NCBI GenBank assembly: GCA_951406725.2 | Contig: OX597831.1 | Coordinates: 9,796,001 to 9,860,000 of the forward strand | DNA: 64,000 nucleotides | Direction of reading: 5' to 3' | Source: Octopus vulgaris | Lineage: Eukaryota | Part shown: in pieces, positions 1 to 12,309 of the stretch | How positions within the stretch are numbered: position 1 is the stretch's first letter | How the letters are laid out: every line of letters begins with the position of its first letter | Position numbers and translations under genes: made by a program | The notes under the pieces: model-generated | Database searches by the model: none | Seen by the model: only the letters and a program-made list of their open reading frames with translations | What the model was told of the DNA's origin: nothing

Positions 1-219
1 TTCTTTGGTTCCGATTCACTTCTGTTAAAGACGATGGTTGTATTTAAGTGAAAAACTCTAGTCCTGGTAACTTAGCAGTTTGCTATAAGAGACCGACAGA
101 GTAACTACAAGATTTTAAATAAAAGTACTGGAGTCGATACATAAGTGTGAGTGAGAGCCTCTGTCTGCGCGCGCGTGTGTGCATGTGTAAGTGTTTGTTG
201 GTGTCTTCGTGTTTATGAT

Positions 220-420
220 TGTGTGTGTCTGTGTTTGTCCCCCACAAATGCTTGGCGTCTTTCTGTGTTTATGTAACCGTCACCTAGCCGATCGGCAAAA
301 GAGACTAACAAAATAAGCAGCAGACATTAAACAAAACAACAAAAGAAATGAAAATAAATACTGGGGTCAATTTTTTTGACTAAATATCTTTAAATCGCTA
401 CGACGGTCGCAGTCTAATTA
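220..420 (+). mobile_element. SINE family A (CORE-like), degenerate 3' half
   Basis: gtgtctgtgtttgtccccc...cggcaaaagagac...aaatactggggtcaat...gactaaa...gcagtc matches the 3' half of the fuller copies at 18866-19255 and 37226-37880. Confidence 0.7.
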
Positions 421-865
421 TTAACAAATTAATGTACAATTCAAACCATTGATAACAAAGACGAATATGTTCATTACAATGATAGCATTAATCAAAGGGA
501 TTATGATGATTGATTCCTTGTTGAAGGTTCCTAAGATTGGTATTTTGCAGAAGGTCAAAGAAGTTTTGTTTCAAATATTTAAGATGTCGCATAATATCGT
601 ATCTTAAATGGGTGCAAAATAGAAGTACTTCACGTTTAGTAAGCATAAATGACAGCTTTTGCTCTCATTCTCGTTTCTGTTGATTATATTTGTTTTTTAA
701 TGATTTTGTACTCCTTTCAGTCATCGAAACGTAGAGCACTAATATCTACCCTAAATATTTTCATTTGCTTCTGAACAACTGAATTGCATTACCCCCTCCA
801 AAGAAAGAAAAAAAACAAGAAGTAAAAATGCTGAATTTCATCTAAAATGTACGAAGTAAAGTGAA

Positions 866-972
866 CATAAGTACTAGGCTTATAAAGAATAAGTTCTGTG
901 GTCAGTTTATTCGACTAAAGGCGGCGCTCCTGCATGGCCGCAGTTAAATGACTGAGACAAATAAAAGAATAA
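866..972 (+). mobile_element. SINE family A 3' end
   Basis: ataagtactaggctt...cgactaaaggcggcgctcctgcatggccgcagttaaatgactgagacaaataaaaga. Confidence 0.8.
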
Positions 973-1063
973 TATATATATATATATAATTATTGTTTGA
1001 GGGAATATTATTCCTAACTTACAGGGAAAAATTCAATTTATATATATATAAACACCTTTTATC

Positions 1064-1121
<58 letters not shown>

Positions 1122-1255
1122 GTACATATATATATATACGTACATATATATATACACATATATATATATAAATATATGAATATATATACATATATATATA
1201 TATGTATGTATATATGCACACATATATAAATATATGAATATATATACATACATAT

Positions 1256-1286
<31 letters not shown>

Positions 1287-1299
1287 AATATATATATAC

Positions 1300-1390
<91 letters not shown>
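973..1390. repeat. Compound (TA)n microsatellite with a short embedded repeat fragment
   Basis: Long TA runs; the embedded cttacagggaaaaattcaattta recurs at about 41041. Confidence 0.9.
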
Positions 1391-4042
1391 TTTCACGCCT
1401 AATTATATCCTTGCGTGTAAACATATGTCTGTATCTGTGGTCGTTCTGCAGTCATATATTTATTAACCAACCGCGTTATTTCAGATTTGCACACACCATC
1501 AGTCTGTCTTACTTGCAGAATAGAAAGAAAAAAAAACACCTAAGATCCACGAAACGGAAGACAGCTGCGATTTTTTTCTACATCTTTGAGTGTAAACAAA
1601 ATTTAGCCATATGCAAATATTTGAAAAATACATTTAAATTTAATGATCTCGTGAGCTTTCTGATAAATTTCCTCGTAGTAATTATTATTTGTCTTTAATA
1701 AATAGTTCTATTCATCGAAATAACACAATGTTTGGGAATCTGTGTTACTTGTTTATTTTGAAACCAGGAAGATGTGAAATATTGAAAATCGGAAAATTGT
1801 ATGAGAAAAAATTCTTAGATATTTTTCCTGACCAGAGTTACTGCGTGAAAGCATATAATCCACTTTCGGCTGGAGCATGAAATACTAATTCTCTGCTACT
1901 TCCTTGATATATTAAAATTATATCTAATTAACTCTCTTCTGTTTTTGAACGCACTTGCATAAAATTTGTGTAGTATTTCTTTTCATACTCTCTTGGCTGA
2001 GACGCTGCTTCATATTCAGCTCTAGAGCCATGGAAATGGGGCTAAAAGGACGAAGGAAAAGATCACCAGAGAGATTCATGAAACAGAGCCGACCAGTTGA
2101 TGAGCTATGCGCGGACCAGAGGGAGATTATATGGATACTATCCATAGTCTCGTTTGATCACAATAAGGAATCTATCAGGAAAGTATTATGACGGTTGCTT
2201 CTGATAGAGTTTCAAAATATAATTCAAAATAATCATCCACCTAAATTTATGTTTTGCAATATAATCAGATGTAACTGTGCAATGGGCAATATTATTTACA
2301 CTCAACAGTTACACTTAGAATCTTTATCCAAATTCTGATAAGGACAGCTGTTCATTTCTTGTGATGTCATTTAACCAAACTGGAACAAATATATTCTATC
2401 CACCGGAATTATATTCGTGTCAAATCAATCTACAAATAATATGGGAAATGTACTCATAAAACGAAAACGTTTCCTTTGTGTACTCTCTCAATGATAAAAG
2501 TTATTTATCATTGATATCTCTATTATTCATCAATTACTTATCAGTGTTTGAATATCCCTTCTCAAAATTCGAAGTTCCAATTATGTGTGTTTTTGTGTCG
2601 AAATTGTAGTTTTAAAACTCCAATACGATAGGGTAGGCGAGCATGGTTTGTATAAGTAGTAGCATTGTAAATTTTACCAATGTTTTGTTTTGGTTCTGGT
2701 ATAATATGTCAAGATCGAAATGTAAGGGAATTGTTTTCTTCGGATATATGCAGACACATTTTTAAGCGGTATTCTATTACAGATTGTGTTATGGAGATAT
2801 CCCGTTTATTTTTCTGTTCAAATAAATAGTTTGCGTAAGTATAATTAAATCGGTGTTGCAAAAAAAATTAATTTATATCTTAAAGAGACACGGACTAATC
2901 AATGAATCGTAGACAGTGTACATAATTGTCTGTTAATGTCGGTGTCTATTTTAAAATCTCCTGCCATCTTAAATCGAATCAAATACAATATTTACTTTTG
3001 AAGATATTTTCTATGATATATCTAAACTTTCGCGATGGAATGCTATAAATATTTGGATAAAGATTTAAAGTCAACAAACAATTTTTTACACTTTTTTGTT
3101 ATTATTTAACGAAATGGCCGTTCAGCAACACATTTATTTTCTTGCCGATGAAAAAGTATTTCCAATGTGAATTAACATTCTGAAGATGATATAGTTTGGA
3201 AACTCTATAATTCATGAGAATACAACACTGTGTAATTGTCTGAAATATTTGTTTGGGAAGATATACAAGTATATATTTATATAGTTTTTTATATTCTTTT
3301 TCGTGAACTTGATTTACAATCTCTATCTTCAGATATATATTCGGCATCATGTCCATCACGTCATTTAAATGTTTTTTTATAAATTTTTATCTTAGAATAT
3401 ATTTATGGTTCATGGTATACAGTATTCACTGGCAACTGGGTAGCCAAGTTAAAGTTAGCCAAAATCTCAGAATTTTCTTTCACTTTGAATTCCTGATGGA
3501 TTTGGAATATTCGCAACTTAGAAAGTCATGATATATAGGAGCAGAGATTTGGGGAATTGTTTATTTATATCGACACCTCAAAATATTTCACAGGCATATG
3601 TTTAGATTTATTGATATGGTAAATCTATTTACACGGAGAACAAATCAATAATTAGAACAAACAGTAAGTATACTACTCCAAATAAAAAGAAATCAAAATA
3701 TACAGAATTCAAATAATTTTGGCTTCATTCACTGTTATATTTATTTAGCATTTCAATAGATAGTTCTAGTTAAAGACGCCTACAGACCTCAAATAGGCAT
3801 TTATTATAACCAATTTATAATTTACATTAAACTGGTTATCATACTATTCGTTTAATAATATGAGGCCAGTCCTCAAATTACTGTCGAAAATGAATATTTA
3901 TATATTAATAATCCTCAAGGAATAGTCATTAATTAAAGATACTATTGTTTCTACACCTCATAACGTCCATTCTTCTCGCTGTGTCTTAATTAAATTTTGC
4001 TTCCAACTCTTATACTCAAATGCATATGTATGTGTGTATGTT

Positions 4043-4089
<47 letters not shown>

Positions 4090-4209
4090 TTATAATCAAA
4101 TATAAAATCTATATAGGATTTTATCAAATAGCTAGCATGCAAGAAACTATTTAGGTAAAAATTAATAGTAGTTTATTTTATAGATATTTATAAAATTATC
4201 TATCAATTT

Positions 4210-4374
<165 letters not shown>

Positions 4375-5814
4375 CACAAATAGAGGGCAACATAAACATA
4401 CACATGTATTCACGCACACATACATACTCACATATATATGCACTTACATATACATAAATAGTTGAATAAGACCTTGAAAGGGTGAAGGGGATATATATAT
4501 ATATAATTACATGTATGCATATGTTCATCTGTGTGTGCGCGTACGTCTATGTATCTATGAATATTTACATATATATTCTAAGTTTTAGCGATTCTGTGTA
4601 GCCTGCTCGGTAATATGACGGATTTATACTATCCTTATTATCTCAGACGTGTTTCTATGTTTGACATCGTTAACTATCTTTCAGTAATGACATTTGCGTC
4701 ATAAATATTTCTTGTTGTGATGTACTTTCATCACAAATCTTGCACAACGGATTGAATGCATGTAATTTTCTTTGAAATAACTAACTATAAAATCAGCCGC
4801 CGTATACATACAAACGGCAAACGTGAATAAAACTGTATCTGGACGTCAGGAATGTTTGTGTTAAATTCATTATAAATGATGTCAGAATCTTCCTAATTTC
4901 GAAATTCCTGGACTAACATGGAACCATAACAAGCTACAGACCCAGGAATTTTATTGAGGAACTCGGAGTAAGTATAGGTATAAATAGTTGTAGAAAGCCT
5001 GTCATCATTGCGGAAGATGTAGTTTCTTGTTCCGAGAGTAGCCTTTGACTTTTTCCATCCGAAGGTCTTTGTAAGCCAATTTTTACATGCATCATATAAA
5101 GCTTTATCTACTTCGAGACTAGCTCCTCTAGAAGTTTGTAAATTCTTATGATGCAACCATTTCTCACAAACTGTATTTGTGAGAAATGGCCATAAAATTC
5201 ACCTCAGATATATATATCAATTTATTTCAAGTACCGATTAGAAATTTGCGCGTATCATGCTAACGATTCTGGCAGATCTTAGGGAAGTGGTGTAAATACG
5301 TTAATAAAGCGTTCTGATGATTTAAAAGAATCCAGAAATGTAATTTATCTGCCATGGGGAGTTAGGTTAACTAAATGCAGAAATAAGTTAATGAAACTTA
5401 TATGCATTTTGTATACATGTCACCGACACCATGACTACTTCCTGAATCGAGGAAAGAACCTTGTTTGTATGAATTTGTTTTGTAAGATTCCTCATGTGAA
5501 ACTGGGTGTTGAAACTAATATTGTTGTATTTCGGGATGGTCATTAATTTTCTTGCCAAATAAACACATGCACTTCATATAAGTTCTTCACTCGTTTGTTA
5601 TTGTTCTTATTTTATCTTCTGTCCATTCTCTGCAAACCTTCCGTCACGCATCTATGACCTCCTCAGCGAGTCTTCCATCCAAGTTTTTCCTCCTGTTCTG
5701 TTTATTCCATTCTGTCTCTTTGTGACGTGTATCCTTATTTGAGAATATTGAAAAACGAGAAGCCAAACTTCATATAGTTAATATATATATATATATTATA
5801 TTATATTCTATATA

Positions 5815-5975
5815 TTTTGTCTCTCCTTGTTTCTTTCTGTGTCCCTTTCCCCTTTCTGTACAAGGGTGTAGGCTCGAAACGTAAAGGACCTTTTCTATTC
5901 TTGAGCGTTATACTAATACATCTGTTTGTTTTGTACACCACCTGTCTTCGTCTTTTGGTTTTTCGTAAACTCTAA
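5815..5975 (+). mobile_element. Penelope-like pLTR fragment with degenerate hammerhead-like motif
   Basis: ccttt-ctgtacaa-gggt gtag gctc-GAAACGT-aaagg at 5851-5887: stem I ccttt/aaagg, GAAAC followed by palindromic acgt; follows a TA run. Confidence 0.45.
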
Positions 5976-6220
5976 ACTATTAAGCTAAGCCGCCCATGAC
6001 CACAAATTCTTCCGCAAATTTAAGTTCTATAGAAATCTCGCTTTATGAGACGCTATCATACGTTAAATTCAAATTACGATGAACGTAAACAAGCGTTAAG
6101 AAGTCTTAGAAAGTTAAAGAAATGATTTTAAATTCTCAAATGAAGGATAATGGTAATAATATAGCCTGAACAGGATGAGCTACACCTGTATATATAGTTA
6201 TATACATATATATATATCAA

Positions 6221-6530
6221 TAATTGCATCGTGGACGGTGTTTATACGCCATTTAAAAACACACACACAGAAAAAAGTTGGATTCACTTCAACATTTAAA
6301 TTTAATTTGCCAAAATGTTTTCGTCGTCTTGAGAGCGCCACCTGCAGCACGGAATCTTTGTCAGTGAGTATGTCGCGATCTCAAAGCGGGGAAAATATTT
6401 TGGCAAATTAAATATAAATATTTTGTGTGTTTCTTAAATGGCTTATTAACACCTTCCACTCTGCAATTAGTTTCGTTCCAGCACACGATCGCAGATCAGT
6501 TCACTTGCTATGCAAGTACATCTCTGTAAT
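6221..6530 (+). mobile_element. Palindromic (inverted pLTR-like) element beside a TA microsatellite
   Basis: Arms taattgca..gtggacggtgtttatacgccatttaaaaacacac..tttaatttgccaaaat and attttggcaaattaaa..gtgtgtttcttaaatggcttattaacaccttccac..tgcaatta (6221-6469). Confidence 0.65.
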
Positions 6531-7311
6531 ATATATAATTACATGCTTACATATGTTCATCTGTGAGTGCGCGCATATGTCTATGTATCTATATATATTA
6601 AATACATCTCTGTCGTACACTGTTACTGCTAGTAATCGCATTATTATAGTGAAATTCTTCACTATACTGGGGGCAATCTAATAATTGAAACAAAAATATG
6701 ATTGCATCGGTGCAGCTGCTGAAGTGCTGGGAAATCTAGGCTTACCTTTTAATAACGTCGGAAAAAGGAAATTATGGAGCGATCTCTAACGTAAATACCT
6801 TGCGTTTAGGAAAATAACAAATAAAGGAAAATGTGTTGTTGCAAAGAGTCAAGTCACCCGATAATTACAAAATATCAATACTAAATATCCTTTTGGTGTG
6901 AAAGTAAACTGAAAATATTCCCTGTTCAAAGAAAAGTAATTCTGAACAAATACTTATAAATAGATTTAATATGGAGCAGTTTCAAAATAATTAAATGCCA
7001 TCTAAATATTATAGTGAATTGGGAACCTCGCAGAGATGGATGACATACATATTACAGCAACAGAGAAAGGTTGAAATGGTGTTGTTTCACCTGCATAAGC
7101 ATCAGAAAACACTTCATCGCTGTGCATGCATACTGACATCACTCATGCAAACACACATTTGTGCGCATGGTTATAATGTATCAGCTAAGTATATATGTGT
7201 GCATGAGTGTAGGTATGTATACGCGTGTGTTTGCGTTACACACACCATGGCGTATTACACTATACTATATACACACTAATATATAGATATATACATACGT
7301 GTATATAAGTA

Positions 7312-7540
7312 CAATAATCCCTCGCCGTATCGCTGTACACCTATCGCGGTTTATTATTTAAGCTTACGTCGATTCCTCAGTGGTGATGTTTAGCATTTAT
7401 ATTGAAATAAATTAATATACAGATTATAAAAACAAAAGAGAAATTTAAACAGTAGAGTACTGTTTCTACTTCGCGGGTTTTCACCTTTCGCGGGGCAGGG
7501 TGGGTGTAACGAAAAACTCGCGATAGTCGAGGGATTATAG
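7312..7540. mobile_element. MITE of the Tc1/mariner superfamily (pogo/Tigger-like TIRs)
   Basis: TA|caataatccctcgccgtatcgc ... gcgatagtcgagggattatag|TA; imperfect TIRs of about 22 bp with TA target-site duplication. Confidence 0.75.
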
Positions 7541-7640
7541 TATACAAATATTAAGCATGTACCTATCATAATAACATATATCTGTGTGCATATTTAGTGA
7601 GTCGACCACAGAATTTATTATTTAACTTTACAATCACAAA

Positions 7641-8025
7641 TACTTTCTAGTATAGACACAAGGCTTGAAATTTGGTGGCATCGAGCCAGTGGATTAAATC
7701 GACTCCATTACGCAACTGGTACTTAATTTATCAACCCCCGAGTGGATGAACGGCAAAGTCGACCTCAGTGGAATTCGAACTAAGAACGTAAAGAGACAAA
7801 ATACCTATTTCTTTACTACCCACAAGGGGCTAAATACAGAGGGGACAAACAAGGACAGGCATACGGATTAAATCGATTACATCGATCACAGTGCGTACTG
7901 GTGCTTAATTTATCGACCCCGAATGGATGAAAGGCAAAGTCGACCTCGGCGGAATTTGAACTCAGAACGCAACGGCGGACGAAATACCACTTGGCGTGCT
8001 AACAATTCTGTCAGCTCGCCGCCTT
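7641..8025 (-). mobile_element. SINE family B (tRNA-like head, internally duplicated body)
   Basis: Minus strand reads ggcggcgagctgacagaattgttagc...gttctgagttcaaattccgccgaggtcgactttgcctttcatcc..ggggtcgataaattaag, with that block present twice; aatcacaaa on both flanks. Confidence 0.85.
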
Positions 8026-8103
8026 TTTTAAATCACAAACCCGATGCCTTTCTTGATTGCTTCTAGGGGCGCAACGCTTTTAAATAGAAAAGAAATGCAA
8101 ATT

Positions 8104-8300
8104 GGCTTCAAATTTTGCATTTAGACAAGCAAGTTCGAGGCCAGGCTACATCAATTATTTCTAGTCCCGTTTTTAACTGGCACCTCTTTTCTCGACCCCT
8201 AAAGAATGGACAGCCAAATCCACCTCAGGGGAATTTGAACTCAGAACGTAAAGACGGACGAAATGCCGCTAAGAAATTTGCTTATCATTCTAACGATTCT
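8104..8300 (-). mobile_element. SINE family B, older degenerate copy
   Basis: gaatttgaactcagaacgtaaagacggacgaaatgccgctaag shared with the family. Confidence 0.7.
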
Positions 8301-8553
8301 TAGGGAACTGGTGTAAACTTGTACTCGAAATCCCAATAAAATATATTCAGTTTACTGCCATTGCAACAATATGTAAGATTATGCAAATCGATATAACTAA
8401 TATACATGGGTTGATAGTGTTTATCATTGCTCTTGTCGATCACAAATTTCAGGCGTTAGTCTCTCGCTCCATTTTATTGTCCCATGATATCCTGTTTCTG
8501 CTCAGTATATTCATAAAACGGATATTTATTTTAAAATTATTACATTATGAAGT

Positions 8554-8590
<37 letters not shown>

Positions 8591-8671
8591 TATAAAGTTC
8601 ATTGAAATAAACCAAATTTCACCAAATATTTGCTGTCCAGAGAGTTTGGTGATTATTACTTATAAGTAGTT

Positions 8672-8880
8672 CGCTTTTTGATTTGGTTTGCAAGATTATT
8701 TATATGAGTTCGTGTGTTGAAGCATATTCTGTCTTGAGTCAAGACTATTGAAAAGGTTGCAAGACGCAGCGAAAATTTTAGGAAAATAAAATAAGAAATA
8801 AGTGAACATTTTTTCCGGTGAGTATGTTACATTATAAGGCACAAAATGAAAATAATTCTCCCCAGACACAACAGAATATG
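8672..8880 (+). mobile_element. 209-bp insert with 13-bp target-site duplication, pLTR-like
   Basis: cttataagtagtt at 8659-8671 and 8881-8893; inverted pair aagcatattctg/cagaatatgctt; HHR-like gttgc aagac gcagc-GAAAATTTT followed by aataaa. Confidence 0.6.
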
Positions 8881-11363
8881 CTTATAAGTAGTTTAGAAAA
8901 ATTAAAGGTTTTGGCAATATCTAGAATCTGGCCCCCAAAAAAATTAAAATGAAAAGAGGGTGGCGCATACTTCTTATATCCTACATTTCCCTCAGAATAT
9001 GTTGGGGGTAACTAAGACAATATTTAAGATTGAAAGGGAGAGAGACAGACACAGAGGAAAAGAGACAGGGAGCCAGAGAGGCAGACAGTCACATAGGCGA
9101 GCAGATAGATAGGCAGAGAATGCGATAGTGGATGAAAATTCGCGTGAATGTCAGTCTTTCAAACAGAAAGTGTGAAAGTAAATAACTGGAAAAATATGAC
9201 TGCAACTTGCGTGAGAGAGACAGATAATAGAATCGTGAGTAAGCTTAGGTTAATATTCATCTACTTTTACACCTAGACACATCCTTGATAAAACTTACCT
9301 GGTATGGAATGTAGTAATTATTTCCTAATTCAAATCTTTGTTAAATGTTTTCTAGCAGTAAACAAGTTTATTTGCAAAAATGAAAAGGGTTTCGTTGATA
9401 TCATTGTTTTTGCTTCACGTTATACACATAGGGTGAGCTGTATAGAAAGAAAAAAAAAAGACAAAAAACAAAACGGAAGATGAGGGAGATGCAGAGCCAA
9501 GAGACTGGAAAATAGTGAGGGAAAATGTGGATAAGAGTCACAACTCTTTGCTTTCACCAACGCATTATTTACGTAGATTCAAACAATGACAAAAGGTGTC
9601 CTCACTATGCCTGAAATTTGAAGGAAAAGATAATGGCTAATGAAAAGGAATAATGTATGACGAATTGAATGTAATGTAGTGAAAGATAATATATGTAATC
9701 GTCTTAAATGTATGTGAAATAGAGATGGAATAAATGATTAATATTTTGATTTTTGCTGGAGTGTTTAGGAAAATATTTTATTTGTAAATTACAAAAGATA
9801 GTTTAATTAAAATAATAACATTGGAAGTTATAGATTAAAATGGATATTTTATTTTTTGATATGGTATTAATGGTGTTTTTTTCTTTAGGTTTTTTCTGTT
9901 ATTAGTATGTTGATTATTTTGATTCAGCCTTTGAGGTTAGGATTTATAATTATGTTGGAATTTTTATGTGGGTTATTTCTTTTTTTGTTTAGAAAGAGCG
10001 AGAGAAGGGGACGGGTGAGAGAGAAGAGGACAGAAAAAGAGTGTGTGTAATGGAGAGATGAAACGTTGAACGCCAGAGTTTCAGTTGAATGAAACAATGA
10101 TCAGAAGCATTTAATTTTTGAAGGAACGAAATTTTGTCTCACGATTTGTATGAGCGAACAGGGAACAGGGCTGTTGAGTGCGACAGTGTGTGCGCTGGAG
10201 ATTTGGCTCAGAGCCGCGTGGATGTTCAATCTGCATTGGCGACAATACAATTCTGCTACGGGAAGTAAACACGGGCACAGGCACACGCTTGCACTAATAT
10301 ACAAATACGGACAAAGTGTGAGGTACAGAGTGATATTGCAATTGAACCCAGTTGACAGAAACACATTCCCTCTCCACATAGAAAGAATTAAGCTCAGAGA
10401 GAAAGACAGAGAGAAAGAGAGAGAGGACGAATAGAGAGAATGAGGAAGAGATAGAAAGGGATGAAGAAACAGAGAAGGAAGACAAGAGAAAGGGAGGGAG
10501 AGAGATATTACAATATATTGATTGAACACGATTTTCATAAACATTTCCTGTCATATACACATAGAGGGAAATACGGCCACACACCCAAGAAAAGAGTTAG
10601 AGTAAGAGAGAGAGAGAGAAGAGAGAGAGAGAAAGGGAGGGAGAGAGAACGAGAGAAACACTAAAACGTCTGATGTTAAATATCTCAGCGTGGAGTCAGC
10701 GACGCCAAATGGACGGCACCAAAACGGCTGTGCCCAAACATCTCATATATATATATATATTCAGCAGAAAAATGTAGTGATAGCGTGCTCGTGCTTCAAA
10801 TTTAAAAGATTATGTATTGGGAGGAAGTATACACATAAATTGTTTATTACAATACAGAAGTTAAATTGAACAGCTAAAGCACAACATGAAAGCATTGAAC
10901 CCTACCAATAATTTAGTTGGATAGAAAAACCATCATATGCACATTATGGAAATAGTCTCAACAGAGCTTTATTATAAATTCCGAGTGGTCTTTCGCTATG
11001 TGAGATGATATCCGAAGTTTACGGTTAATCTTCTGCAGATGTTATTATTTTTGCACGTATTAAAAAAAATGATAAAAAATAATATACAGAAATATTAAAA
11101 CCAATATCCATTACCCACACTAAAATAATTTTTTCCAACTTTAGAACTGCGCAAATTGTGCTTGATGGCATATCCATCGAGTTTCAGCTTCTTTTCTATT
11201 TCCTGAAATTGTGACTTGTTTGCCCTTAGATATGTTTTATAGGCATTACTTTGTGAAGATTCTCTCTCTCTCTCGATCTGTCATTCCACAGAATTGTAGA
11301 TATAGGTATAATAAATATTATAGTTCAAAGGACCGGTTTTTATATTTCCCTTTGAACGAACCA

Positions 11364-11424
<61 letters not shown>

Positions 11425-11804
11425 GGCTCGATCAACTTTGAAGTTCCATTCGCAAAACGCGAGAGACCATGTTTGCAAGAATCGACATTATCGGGAAATG
11501 ACATCTAGCATTTCCCTCTTCTATTTCAAGTATACGCTCTGAAAACTAAATGAAATATTATACAGAATCCCGAGGTGATGCATATCCGTACTAAACACCT
11601 TTACACTCTCGCGTTCAGCTGCGCAAATTCTAAAATAAAATTGAAAACTTGTCAAGGATTAACCCATTTTCTTTGACTGACTATTTCACATTTCCAAATA
11701 AATACATCAAAAGTCACAAATGTCAGGAATCACTACACACACACAGATATATATTTTCGCACACACAGTCCTACATATTCAGGCATTGTATATGTATATA
11801 TATA

Positions 11805-12238
11805 AGGTAGTCTTCCGGCTCAACTTAACATGGATGCTTTGTTAGAACACCAAACACTGCATTAGTAACCTTGAGAGATGAAGTCATGTGTGCACAGTTT
11901 GTGACAGACCATGCCGTTTTTTGCTGGGCTCAAATCTCATTTAGGGACCCCTGAAAAACAAACCTCTAGCAACTATTCTGTCTATATGTCTGTGCACACC
12001 TTTAAATGCAGTGTATGCCATAAAGTCTGCAAATCTAATGGAGGCCTCAAAAGACATTTTAAGATCCATAAAGATCAGAACTTAACTGCAGCTTTTGGTA
12101 GTCCAAATCGGATATGCAATCTATGTGGGTGTCTTTTCAATACATTGTCTAGTTAAAAAAAAACATATCAGACGCCATGATGTATCTAACATGTAGATAC
12201 AGAAGGTGATCACACTCTGTATATGGAGCAGACAACCC

Positions 12239-12240
<2 letters not shown>
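11805..12240 (+). mobile_element. 5'-truncated LINE 3' end (probably RTE clade) with three C2H2 zinc fingers, frameshifted
   Basis: HVCTVCDRPCR/(frameshift)AGLKSHLG, FKCSVCHKVCKSNGGLKRHFKIH, CNLCGCLFNTLSS*KKHIRRH; no TGEKP linkers; ends at a (TA)n tract. Confidence 0.65.

Positions 12241-12309
<69 letters not shown>

Noticed and set aside
705-740. Hammerhead-like gaaacgtaga motif (also near 41889)
   Set aside because: Only the GAAAC-GTA half is present; no core or stem II
11911-12156. Host C2H2 zinc-finger gene
   Set aside because: Frameshift and stop, no canonical linkers or evident splice context, ends at a microsatellite; better explained as a LINE tail
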